A DNA stretch of 63,008 nt, filler included, from Octopus bimaculoides (Eukaryota): the NCBI RefSeq assembly GCF_001194135.2. It is 6 parts of 6 records of this genome, joined end to end, with 100 filler letters (N's around TTAATTAATTAA, not from the genome) between each part and the next. Parts side by side here need not be neighbours in the genome. Positions count along the whole stretch, not along the records: positions 29,034 to 55,537 come from NC_068987.1; positions 55,638 to 61,871 come from NC_068981.1; positions 61,972 to 63,008 come from NC_068997.1; 3 more parts are not named here. One strand, written 5' to 3'. The translations under genes were made by a program, and so were the position numbers. Of the stretch, positions 50,218-63,008 are shown in pieces. How positions within the stretch are numbered: position 1 is the first letter of the stretch; each line of letters opens with the position of its first letter. Under the pieces are notes generated by a model. The model saw nothing but the letters and a program-made list of their open reading frames with translations, did no database searches and was not told the DNA's origin.

Positions 50218-52001
50218 GTATGTCTATGTTGAGAACCCACTGGAGTCAGTGTTAGTCTTTTATTGTAGTTGAATTTCTATATCTGACGCTTAGTAGGAAT
50301 ATCAAATTGACTCAGTATTTGACTCATTACTTTATTTTATTGATCCTAGAAGCATGATCTCGGCGAAATTTGTGACCAAAACATAAAGCAACATAACTAA
50401 GTACTACAAATCCAATGCTTTACTGTCTGCCAATTCTAAGATTTGATGTTGTATTTTATCAATTCAATATTGAACAAATGATTTAATATTAATCAGCTTT
50501 GTTATTTCAATTTCAATGAAATACTTTGTATCCAATTCCAAAGGAATAATGAGGCATTACAAAGTAACGCATAAAAATACAAAACAAAACAAAATCAGTG
50601 ATCAAGATTGTAGCAAATAAGAGTAGTCTCCCCTAGATCTAATTTGCCAGAAATAGTTATCTCCCTTAAAATTAACACCGAGCCAACAAGGGAGTCTTTA
50701 AGTGCTTGTTCAACTTGTTAGAAACAGCAACCAAATCCCCCTTAAAGAGAAACAGAAGAAAATAGAAAAAGAAGGAAAGAACAGCAGCAGTAGCAACAAC
50801 TGTAGCAGTTGTAGTAGTCAGGATATGAACGGGAAGACGATACAAACCATTTCAATACCGACGAGACAACGAGCCTATTGGAAATAGCAGCCAAATTATC
50901 CTTAAATCAGGCCCTACATTCTTGAAATGTGAAAGACATATTGGTTAATGAAAACAAAGTCCTAGATATGTAATGCTCGAAAGAAGGATGAGGATGGTCA
51001 TGGTTGGAACACATTTGATCATAGATTTGCTCAATCAGATATGTGAGCGTTAAACGTCACCAACAAGAACAAGAACAATAACTTCACCACCACCACCGCC
51101 GCCACCACCGCCGCNNNNNNNNNNNNNNNNNGATCATGATCATTATTGTCATCATGGTCTGATGATGAATTATTAATTTACTCAGCAATAAAAGATGTGC
51201 AACACTAGAGGTGTCAAACATAATGGCCCATGGTAATGTCTAGTCTAGCCTTCGGTTCAGTTATATATAATTCAGAATAGCCAGTGATATGTTTGTTTGT
51301 GAACAACATAAGCAAATACAGGTGTTTTATTAAGCTAAGTATGAATTGGATCAATCTGTGACTGAAACAAGTTAATTATACAACATAAATTCTTGATTAA
51401 TTAAAATCCTCACCGCATATCTATATACTTCGTTTTTGTACCTGGTTTGCATGATTCTTTATGTGAACTCGTGTGTTGAAGCAAGTTTTGTTGTTGCTGG
51501 GGAGAATCATATTGTTTTAATGCCTTATTATTCAACGCACGCATCGGTTCGATTTCCACTCATTTATTATTTATATATTTTTCTTCCCAAAATTTTGTTG
51601 CTTTTGCAACCTTATCAATGGATGTTAAGGTTACAAAAGCAACGAGAATATTGGAAGTAAAGTATAAATAATAAATGAGTAGAAATCGAACCAGTGAATG
51701 TGCTAGATAATAAGGCATTATGACAATATGACTCTAATTCTGTTCTCTTACAACATAATTCTATCTCTCTCTGTAATTACTACTAAACAATGAAGAGAAC
51801 ACAAACACACACTTTGCTTCGCATGCTGTTGGATTTATCATAACCTGCCCGTCGAGGCAAGGTATTGTAACGTAATGGTAAATAAATATTTCCTTAAAAC
51901 TTCATGCATTGTTCATCTTTCACATCCTACAATATGCCGTTATAACAACAAATCTTTCTCGTTTCAACTGCTGACCCTCGACCTCAACTAAAACCTAATC
52001 G

Positions 52002-52040
<39 letters not shown>

Positions 52041-52172
52041 NNNNNNNNNNNNNNNNNNNNNNNNNNNNNNNNNNNNNNNNNNNNNNNNNNNNNNNNNNNN
52101 NNNNNNNNNNNNNNNNNNNNNNNNNNNNNNNNNNNNNNNNNNNNNNNNNNNNNNNNNNNNNNNNNNNNNNNN

Positions 52173-52205
<33 letters not shown>

Positions 52206-52266
52206 TATCCCCGTTGACAGGCCGCTGGTATTTATAGTGTTGTAGTGACATCTTATAGCAGACGAC

Positions 52267-52652
52267 TGTTATATGTTCAATGTCCGGAGTTTTATCCACG
52301 CATGCGCAGGGACTAGTTCCGGAAGGAATACAAGAAGAGTCTCATGCGCATGCGTAGAGTTCGACACCCAGCTCTGGCGCCTTTTCTCAGTCTCTTCGGT
52401 GACCGATCTCTGTCGAGCCAAGACGTCCAACAGAGCTCTCTCACATGTCAGCACCAGAGCTTCACAAATAACCACGGAAATCATTCAGGAGGCGTCTCAG
52501 TAACCGAGGTCGACGAGCTACCGAATTCCCTCCAAGCGTGAACTGAATTCCATTGTAAATAAATATTGTTATGTTGTTCAGAATCTGCGTTCCGTTGTTT
52601 CTTCTAGAAATTTAATGTACGGAAGCGGTGTACACCTAATGGTGTATAACCA
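52267..52652. mobile_element. LTR/pLTR-like GC-rich segment upstream of the Penelope RT
   Basis: TGTTATA start and TATAACCA end, AATAAA ~52558, two GCGCATGCG-type palindromes; no TSD found. Confidence 0.35.
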
Positions 52653-52849
52653 CTTCCCTACAGTGTTAAGCACTTTCGGTATGCAAATTAGGGACTCCTT
52701 CATAGAGTAACTGCTGCATTTGTTGAGTATATAAACAGTTTGGCTGCTTGTTCTTGATCGAGTTCTTGATGAAGATCTGTGATAACTTGATCCTTGATCT
52801 TGTGACAACTTCCTCTCTGTTTTCACTTTACACCAATGAAGTACAGACA

Positions 52850-53850
52850 ACTGATTCAACACTGCAGTAAACTACCACACATGTACGGTCTCCCTAAGGG
52901 TCACAAGGATGGTATTCCATTAAGACCTATAGTGAGCTGTAGAGGTTCAGCATGTCATCCACTGAGCCGCTGCCTTGTGGATATAATCAGTCCATTAGCA
53001 GGAAAGTCAACATCGTACGTGAAGAATTCCACCCACTTCACAGAATTGATCAAGGATACCCCCATTGAATCCAACCAGATGGTGAATCTAGATTTGATAA
53101 GTCTGTTCACCAAAGTCCCAACTACTGAAGCACTATCGGTGATTCAAGAAAAACTAGTGACAGACACCCATCTAAAAAACGCACTAGTATACCAACAAAA
53201 AATTTGATGGAAATGTTGACCTTTTGTGTAGAAACTACCTATTTCAGTATGGACACTGATATATATCGACAAGAAGAGGGCTTAGATATGGGTTCGCCAT
53301 TATCATCGATAATAGCCAATATATACATGGAGTACTTAGAGAATTTGACTTTAGGATCAACACCACTAAAATCAACCCTATGGCTGCGATATGTTGATGA
53401 CATCTTTATTCTCTAGCTCCATCAGGAAGATGTCCAAGTGCTGTTAGCTCATGTGAACTCAATAAAGCCATCCATACAGTTCACAATGGAAAAGGAAAAA
53501 GGCAATCAGCTAGCATTCCTGGACGTATTAATAACACGCACCAATTATGGATTCCCGACATCCGTATACCGCAAGCCGACCTTCACTGGACGATACCTTA
53601 ACTTCAATTCCCACCAGCCATACGGCGTAAAGAGAGGAATTGCTCAGTGCCTAAAAAATCGAGCAAAGAATATAAGTAGCGCTCGTGATACCCATCACGA
53701 AGAAATGATCAAGCTCAGTAACAATCTGTTAAGCAACAACTACTCCAAAAGTATACTATCCACTCCAATTATGAAGAAAAGAGAGAGTGAAACCAATAAA
53801 CTGTCTACAGTCTGTCTACCCTATGTGAAAAGCCTCTCCGAAAACATTTC
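52850..53850 (+). mobile_element. Penelope-like element reverse transcriptase, disabled
   Basis: P.MYGLPK.HKDGIPLRPIVS, DLISLFTKVP, GLDMGSPLS..IANIYME, WLRYVDD, QFTMEKE...LAFLD, VYRKPT...YLNF.S.QP; several stops. Confidence 0.92.
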
Positions 53851-55495
53851 GTTATATGTCTGTATGTATGTACGTATGTATGTATGTATGTATGTATGTA
53901 TGTATGTATGTATGTATGTANNNNNNNNNNNNNNNNNNNNNNNNNNNNNNNNNNNNNNNNNNNNNNNNNNNNNNNNNNNNNNNNNNNNNNNNNNNNNNNN
54001 NNNNNNNNNNNNNNNNNNNNNNNNNNNNNNNNNNNNNNNNNNNNNNNNNNNNNNNNNNNNNTATATATATATATTTATATATATATATATATACACACGA
54101 CGGGCAACTTTCAGTTTATGTCCACTAAATCCACCTATAAGGATTTGGTATGCCTGGGGTTATAGTAGAAAACTCTTGCCCAAGGTGCCAATCTGTGAGA
54201 CTGAACCTGAAACCGTATGGTTGAGAAACGAACTTAAAACAAAATTATATCTATTCACAACGCTTTTTTTTCCTAGGGAAGGATACAGTTGATTATATTG
54301 ACTTAAGAATGATAAATACATTTGATTTCAGTGGATGTGAACTGTATATAACAAAGCACAGGAGGAAAAATGTATCATCTTTATGCAAAAAACAACTTTA
54401 TGCAAAAAACAACTTTATGCAAAAAACAAAAAAATACAAACAAACCAGTATTTGCTTTTACAATTTCGGTTGCAGTTCTGTGAAGTATTAAATGTCAAGT
54501 CCATTCCTATTAATTTTGCAATAATACATGGCGACCACCGTCCTCTTACATCATGCCTCGGAGACAGACCACATCACGACGACATTTTCAGACATCTGCT
54601 TATGATGTAGATTACGTTTTAGGTATTAATCCCACATAATCTACCTTGGTTATTACAGTGAGGTTGCTTTATCTCATTCTATATGCCTTCTGTGCCATCA
54701 GGTATTTTGTCATTTTCTATTCTCGGATAGCAAAAACACACGCCTCAACATGAGAGCTAAAATGTCGTCATGTTCAAAATAGACTACTCTGGTTGTTTGC
54801 ATTAGTGTCACGCTGAATGAAGCTTACTTACAAAATATCTATGCACAATCTTCTGCTAATAAGCAGAAGGCTTTCTTCGTATGTTCTGTTGCTCTAGAAG
54901 CGTGCAACTCCCCAGGGCGTGTATCCTCGGTTATCATCCGTCTCTCATATTGCTATTTAATTCATGTATACAGATTTTTTTTCCCTGGATGAACTTCGAC
55001 ACTTGATGGTTAGTTAATGCTGACGAAAAGATATGATGCGACAAGCAAAGGCTGTTTGAATCACTTTTAAACCTCTTCCACCATATTTTCGGTTTGAGGA
55101 AACATACTATCTATGTAGAAATTTATGGGAGTTTTTCAATAGTTTACAGGTTTTAATATCAACTGTTCGTATCTCATCTAGCGTCCAATCGACAGCCTAA
55201 GTATTGACAAGAGTACTGGAACAGTAAAAAAATTGCAGGAGAGTTCTGAAAGCCATATTATCCTTCATCTGGTTGTTATATTCTCTTGTTTTGCGTTCCA
55301 GGTTACAAGTATTTGTCATAAAAATGTCTTTCATGAATCACTAGGTATTTGTAGCATTCCCCTTGAGATATCGAAGAAATAGGTAGTGGCTAGAGATGTA
55401 TGTATGTATGTATGTATGTATGTATGCATGCATGTATGTATGCATGTATGTATGTAAGTTTGTCTGTAAATATACGCGTGTATCCTTATATGAAA

Positions 55496-55537
<42 letters not shown>

Positions 55538-56293
55538 NNNNNNNNNNNNNNNNNNNNNNNNNNNNNNNNNNNNNNNNNNNNTTAATTAATTAANNNNNNN
55601 NNNNNNNNNNNNNNNNNNNNNNNNNNNNNNNNNNNNNATTTATTTTAGAGACACTTTCAAATTTATCAGAATATTTGGACTGAAGATTGGAATAGTGAAA
55701 TTTTCATTCGCTTAACCATGAAACGATTCGTATCCAATTAACTAAAGACTTGTTTTGTTTACACTTTTCCCTCCGGTTTTTTGTTCTATGTGTGCCATAA
55801 ATATCGCCATCCGTTTAGAGAAAAATTTGTAGTTTAGAATCAGTAGTTCTTTGACTGCTATTTCTAAATTTTCAGTATGTTGGAGAAGCAACTCAATGCT
55901 AATCCCTGTATATTTATGATTTATGTATGTATATATGTATATATAAATGTTTTAAGTATTTTAAAAACCAAAACGATCCAGATTATAATAAATTAATTAC
56001 ACAGATCGAGGGTTAGTATTATTACCTCGTATTTCAATAGTTTATTTCCTTTCAATAAGAAATTTACGGAAGGAAAGGTTAGCAATCTATTTTCTCGGAA
56101 ATTTCTTGCAGGAGTATACCTACATCTGAAATGCTGAAATACCAGGGTCCACGTAGAACTAACTGTCGACGTGTTTCATTAATCTTTTTATAACTTGCAT
56201 CGTTTTGGCATTAAAATATATTTAAAACATTCATTGATACCAGACAAAGCTTCATGGAAACTTTACAATTCTAATATATATACATACATATAT

Positions 56294-56368
<75 letters not shown>

Positions 56369-57314
56369 TGTGTGTATGCATGTATGCACATAATGCATGC
56401 ATGCAATTATATGCGATCTACAGTGCATAAGTATAGCATTTTGAAAGTAAGTCCAGATGCATATATTAAAATAAACACACATGCGTCACATATTCTTTCC
56501 TTGTACATGGATCCGTGTTTATAATATAGAAATATACATACAAATTATATACATTAGAGTTGTTACAATCCACTGACCTTCTGTACCAGTAGTTCTGCAT
56601 CGTAGAATTACATACAAATTTAACAAAGCATTTTTAAACTTATTAAAATAGAAGAAAACTATTGCTTACCATGTTTTATTGACCATACTTGTGTTTAACA
56701 ACATAATGAATAACACATTCCTGAAGCCTTTCAAACATTACTCTAGTTTTTTTGTTTGTTTTTTTCTATAAAGCCTTACGTTATGTTTTAAAAAACCTGC
56801 AGTGCACTGTTTCAGAACAACTGTTTAATGCAGTCTCGTGACTTGTTGTAATTTGCATACAAACCGCCCATAAATCACACCTTGCTGTCTTAAAAAAGGA
56901 GGAGCACATGGGATGATGTAGTACTAGATACACTATGGCTGAAAAAGTACGGGATGCCCATGACCTGAAAGCCTCTGATAATAGATCATTCAGTTTAATC
57001 AGAGCAGAATTGATTGATAACAAATGACATGCTTCATGTTAATAGAAAACCGAACAAGTTACATTTTCAAAAAAATTTATCTAAATACTTCAATTTCTAA
57101 ATTGGGGTGTAGTTATATTTAACGAGCCTCAGCTTATTACTGGTACTTATTCGTAGCGAAATTGTTAAGCTGAAGATGAAACTGAACAACATATTAACTT
57201 CCTCAAAGTTAAGTAATCTACTAACCAGACTGCTCCAGTATAGTTGGTAAGTGTTCTCTAGAATATCTGTAAGTCTGTAAAGGTCGCCAATAACATCTGA
57301 TGTCTGTTATTTGG

Positions 57315-57420
57315 CAGAGTCAGACGTGAAATACATTGGACAGCGGACAAGAAGAATAGTTACTTCACTGAGATTTTTTGGCTGCTAAGAAAATGGATAT
57401 ACACGAAGGCATTGATGGGC
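57315..57420 (+). mobile_element. Possible GIY-YIG endonuclease remnant (Penelope-type)
   Basis: Only VKYIGQRTRRI resembles YIGQT.R.L; short and degenerate. Confidence 0.25.
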
Positions 57421-57574
57421 AAGCAAAATACGTGGGTTGGCTAGATTGATAAATGAGTAAAGTAGACAAATCCTTAACTTGAATAATTATATAACTGGCT
57501 GGCAGGCTCATTCGCTTGTTGTATTGTATGACTATATTGTTGTTCTAGCTGGATAGTGGATATGTAGATGAATG

Positions 57575-57646
57575 GTCGGTCGGTCGGTCGGTCGGTCGGT
57601 CGGTTGGTTGGTTGGTTGGTTGGTTGGTTGGTTGGTTGGTTGGTTA
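57575..57646. repeat. Compound (GGTC)n/(GGTT)n microsatellite
   Basis: Directly visible. Confidence 0.95.
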
Positions 57647-60600
57647 GCTAGGGTAATGGTTAGTTAGACGCGTGTTTGTATTGATGATTGGGTAGTTGAG
57701 TGTCTCGGTGGCTGCTCGGTTAGTCTGAAAGCTGTATGAATGGATATATGTATGACTGAACAGATAGAAATATGATGGAACGAATACGTAGTTGTTCCTA
57801 TATTATTTCATGCATGGCTATACAAAGGAATAGCCGTTCTCAGACTACAATAAGCAGTTCTAAATACTGCCCTTAGCAATCAGATTGGCGCCGCAATTTA
57901 TACCTTAACATTGCGAAATGAAATTATCCGAAAATATCTTTAATAATTAATCGATCATCAATTCCAAATTTGTGATTCTTTTCTCTTGCTTTTAATAAAA
58001 GTGTTCAACTAGAGTGGTTTGCCGTCTTTGAGCAACCAAGCATTGCTTCATATACCGTTAAGTATAATCACAGAGCCATAAAAGAATGATCAAAAAGAGG
58101 CTGGCTTGCTAGCTATTCCGAAATTTCAGAAGCTTCAAAGATCTGAAAAATCGATAAGGAATCTCTCGCTTCGTTTTCGAAAATGACTCCTTGATTAAAA
58201 ACAATTTACTTCAAAAGTTGTAATCGGTTGATGGCGACCCGTCAGTGACAGTATCGGCAATCCATTGATGATATTCTACCGCATCTAATCGTATAGTAAA
58301 TCAACATACAAATATGGCTGCTAATATAATGGTGCACACACGCAAACCGGGCGAGTGAATAATGTATTAGTAGCAAGTTCACATCTAAGTGAAAAAGAAG
58401 ATTTAATATGTGAGAATCTAAATTCAACAAAATGTGGGAAATATATTTCTAGATCTTCGGAGAATATTGCATTCCGTTGAATAATCTGAAGTCAAATAAT
58501 TGTCGGAGTATCGGTGTTGTTTGAACCGACATTATATATATGACTGATAAATTTTTTAATACATCTCGTAATTATGATTTTTTTTAAATGTTTCAAGCAT
58601 TGTTAGAACTCTCATCGAAAACAGATGACTGTAACGATCCATCAAATATTTTCAACCTCATAAGGGAACCTCTACGTATCCATTCCACAAAGAAGAAATT
58701 GTATTGAAATCCCCCTTAAATTACACTATATTGTCTTAAAGAAAGACTAAACACACTGAGCCATATAAAAGCTCTTACAAAAAAGATGGTTTGATCATAT
58801 GTATCCGCGATCAGATTTGCATTGAGTCTACAAAATAGAAATAACTCACGACTGTTCATATCTTACAGGGATATTAATCTAAAATTCTGCAGTGTCGTAT
58901 CCAAAGTTTAAAACTCAGGTTCATGTCTCAGTTGTTTAATATTCTAGTTCTTGGAGCAAAGCTCAAGCCTAAACGACTCTATTCGAGTTCCCTGGAGCTT
59001 GTTTTATTTATTAATGTTGTTACTGTTATATAGTCCCTTGTCAGCCCTGACCCGCAGAAGTATGAAATTGTTTTTTATATTTAGGACTACATTACTCAGC
59101 ATGTTTATCCTTAATGACCCAATATATAATATGACCCAGAGTGCATTCTTCTGGAAAAAAATAAATAAGATACTTTTGATCAAGCATTTCCTTGATCGAC
59201 GACAAAGCACGAATTTAATTCAAACTGATGTGTTTATATCAGTAGGTTCAACACAGTTGGAAAATTATGGAATTGCAAATGAAACAATAAATTTATAATC
59301 TAGTAATGTAATGCAAGTTTTGTCAGCATGAAATAATCTGTACCTCCATGAAGTCACACTGAAAGCACTATAATAATAACTTATGTTCCTTTGTTTCGTT
59401 AAGATTTGCTACTCACTTACAAACTATACATACTATACTAGTTATTAAAGCTAATGCTTATATTGTCATAAGCTTCACTCAATTTCTAGTTGTTTACGCC
59501 CCGAATGGAACCCGCTTCATCCCAACTCCTCCACTTTTATAGAGGAGTTGATCCAGAAAATAGGGATATGACTTTTCTGTTCATGAAGACCTTTATGTGG
59601 CTGGGTTACACTTGAAACTTTTTTTAATAATTCACAATTTCAAACAAAAGTCTTCATAACGAAATTAATAACTGATATGGCCTTCTGCTAAAACATACTC
59701 GCAAGTATATTGTGTTTGTGTCGGGCGGTCAAAGATTTGCCGTGCATTCCAACCATCCAATATTGAACATGAAAGTTGTGAAAAACTCAGGTCTGCTATA
59801 GTTGCAAACATTAAGTCATGGCTTCCTCTGTGTACATGTGCATATAACACAGAACAGCTATGAATGAAGAGGGTGATACAGACTCCAACTCAACACTGGA
59901 AAGATAATATTCATTTGCAACAGCGTCTCTACTTAGTTAACATTACCGTTCAGCCTTTGTCTCCACTGGCTATGACTAATATAGCACAATCATTCAGACT
60001 CAGTGATGACGAATATGTAAAACAATGAATTAGTAGAAGAGTGAACAGTGTCACAGGATGTCTGTCATTGGCAGACACGGTTTACCAACCACGTCTTCAT
60101 TGTTCACGATGACATCTATTGTAAAGTTTTTAGAACGTGGAAAGGTACAACAAAGCATAGTTTGCTTATTATACTCAGATAAAGGAATGAACTGTTATCT
60201 TGATTTTCGAAGATGATGTTGCATAAATTCAATAAGCAGTAAAACCATTAAGGAACCGCTTAAGTTGTTCTGTCGGTGTTCTTTCACTTTGAATGATTTC
60301 TTTCCAAAATCAATATGGTTGTGTTACTTCATACCAAGCAGTACAAAACTATTGCCGTAATTATGAATATGAAGCATCTTGTGCCGCAGACCTAGTACAA
60401 GACTTGCTCTGACAACTGGAATTTTTCTGCTGCGTTACAGTTGTACCTGCTGCTTATTTTCTGTGAAATAAATCTGAAGAGACATTGGATTTAAAAACAT
60501 AGGGACAAAAGGGAACCAACCAAATGTTAAGCCTACACTTGAGCACTAGACGGTTCTGTCGTAATTCATTGTGCACAATGTCTGCAAAACCAGAAGCGAT

Positions 60601-60907
60601 ACACTCATACACTCTTCTCGCTACATTTTCTATAAATTTGCGTTGGCCTCTGAGCAGGTAACGCCATGACAAATTTCTTCATCACGGTCAATGCGACGAT
60701 CACACGTTACACACATTCCTTCCAAGCACTGCTGTAAACAGTAAATGTGATCTAGAGCATTAAAACTTAGTGTACATGCAGAGCAAAGCGGTTTCATTCA
60801 GCAAACTTTAGTTTTATTGACATAGCAACAGTCCGGACTCTTATGGATCAGACTTCGTATGTATTTATTTGGGTGTGTTTCTGTGTATGAATGTGTAGTA
60901 TGCACAC

Positions 60908-60968
<61 letters not shown>

Positions 60969-61135
60969 ATCATATATGTATGTATGTGGAGGAAAAAAGG
61001 TTAGCATATCTGAAACTAAAGGTTTCCTGTAATCGGCCCTGAGTTCAACGGCACTCAACACACTGTAGATATATTACATCATGCTATCATATTAATATCA
61101 TATACAATATATCAAATACGGTATATATGTATATG

Positions 61136-61194
<59 letters not shown>

Positions 61195-61718
61195 ACAAAT
61201 GTATTATTCATTACATTAGATTCTATGGTGTTATTTCATTATATTATTTGATTACATCACATGATTATATAATAATATAATAATATATTATTAATGCATG
61301 CTGCTTTCTGTTTGATGAATCTTTTTTTGTTTTGTTTTGTTTTTGTTTTTTTTTTGTTTTTCGGTATTCATCTATTCTATAACGCGGGTGGTGTTGGTTT
61401 AGGGAAATTAATATAATTTACGTGTAGTTCATATCCTTTATTCCGTGTCATGTATGTTTTATATATTGTTTATTTTCCTATTGATATCTAATTTAGTTAC
61501 AAAATTATTTGTATATACAGGAGGTCTTCTGAGAAAAATCCTTAATATATATAAGTTGTAAAAACTGTATAATATTCAATCATACACGTTTCAGAGAAAA
61601 TCTGCTTCTCCGTATACAAACACAAGTAGATATACTTGCACACATACACGCATATTTATGTATTACATATACATATATGTATGTGCGTACTTAGTGTACG
61701 TAATCGATTGTGTGAACG

Positions 61719-61756
<38 letters not shown>

Positions 61757-62304
61757 TTGTGTGTGTGTTTCTATGTGTGTGTACGTATGTATTTATGTAT
61801 TCATTTATGTGTGTGTGTGTAAATGTAATATATCATAAAAGTCATTTCTAAATAAATGAGTCTGCATATTTNNNNNNNNNNNNNNNNNNNNNNNNNNNNN
61901 NNNNNNNNNNNNNNNTTAATTAATTAANNNNNNNNNNNNNNNNNNNNNNNNNNNNNNNNNNNNNNNNNNNNTATACATATATACATACACGGAAAAGTTC
62001 AGTTATCCGGCAACCTTCCAATCTTAGGGGAGCTAGATGTGAGGGCGCGATCTGTATTTAGCAAGATGTTTTGGTGAATAAGACACAACAACTAGCAAAT
62101 AAATAAATAAATATGATAAATATGACCAAAATGAATGGTTAAGGGCAAATATAGGAACCTTATTTTGGTTTATAGCGTCGTGGTAGAGAATCAATATGTC
62201 TGAGATACTGAAGCCATTGTTGAAAGAGGAGATAAGAGAGAGAGGGGGAGGGAGAAAGAGAAAGAGGAAAAGAAAGATAGAGAGTGTTGTGATGTGATGT
62301 GATG

Positions 62305-62346
<42 letters not shown>

Positions 62347-62945
62347 GATCATATTTCGATAGAGCGACTATTTTATGTTTGGAAGTGTTGATTAAGTGTT
62401 GGTTAAGTGTTGGGCAGTTCGTTGTAGGGTCAGTGGAAACAACTCACACGAAAGTTATTTAAAGAAACTGAAGTCAGATAAAGCGACTACAAAACTGGTT
62501 TCTTTCCGGTGTTAACTGACGAAAATAACGCTCGCTACCATTGGTTATTCTGCTGAAGGGCCACAGGAAGTAAAATGATATTCACTCGCACAGTTTTCAG
62601 CTAGCCGTTTCCTTTGTTTTAAGTGTCTTCAAAAATTCCCTTCACGTACGTACGTCTAAAAACATTTCTGTAGGTAGGTACGTAAGTAAGTAACTATGTA
62701 TGTATGTATGTATGTATGTATGTATGTATGTATGTATGTATGTACGTGTTTATAGAAAAGTGTAAGCATTATGTGAGTACATATGATTTGTAGATAAGTA
62801 TGAACGCATGAATGTTATGTATAAATAAACGTATGTCAGGCTGCATGCATCTTTGTAACCTACCTCCAAACACTTGCGAATATGTAGATGTGTGTATGTG
62901 TGTGTCTGTCTGTGTACGTGTGAATATATGTGTATATCAACGTAG

Positions 62946-63008
<63 letters not shown>

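Overview
AT-rich, microsatellite-dense animal genomic DNA with many N gaps. The SINE/RTE repertoire looks like an Octopus-type cephalopod draft assembly (inference). Three spliced genes can be pieced together by eye; none is captured by the ORF track. (1) A divergent plakin-domain gene on + (exons 632-742, 9053-9392 mostly in a gap, 11161-11283). (2) A tetraspanin closest to TSPAN3 on + (exons 16337-16528 and 19670-19744; probable last coding exon 34643-34722, then a 76-nt 3'UTR intron). (3) An 8-coding-exon, 400-aa FANCF-like gene on - (47305 down to 35441), convergent with the tetraspanin; human FANCF is intronless. The rest is mostly transposable-element debris: RTE-clade LINEs (one with a PHD finger inside the RT), Tx1/L1 and Penelope RT fragments, mariner/maT, Chapaev3-like, hAT-like MITE, a Helentron-like piece, LTR-like pieces and three tRNA-SINE families. 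The most unusual element is a ~400-bp fold-back at 914-1329. Its loop holds a type I hammerhead-ribozyme motif with a palindromic stem III, sense-oriented in the plakin intron; a second copy at 43382-43648 lacks the ribozyme loop. All protein family assignments rest on recalled motifs, not database searches.
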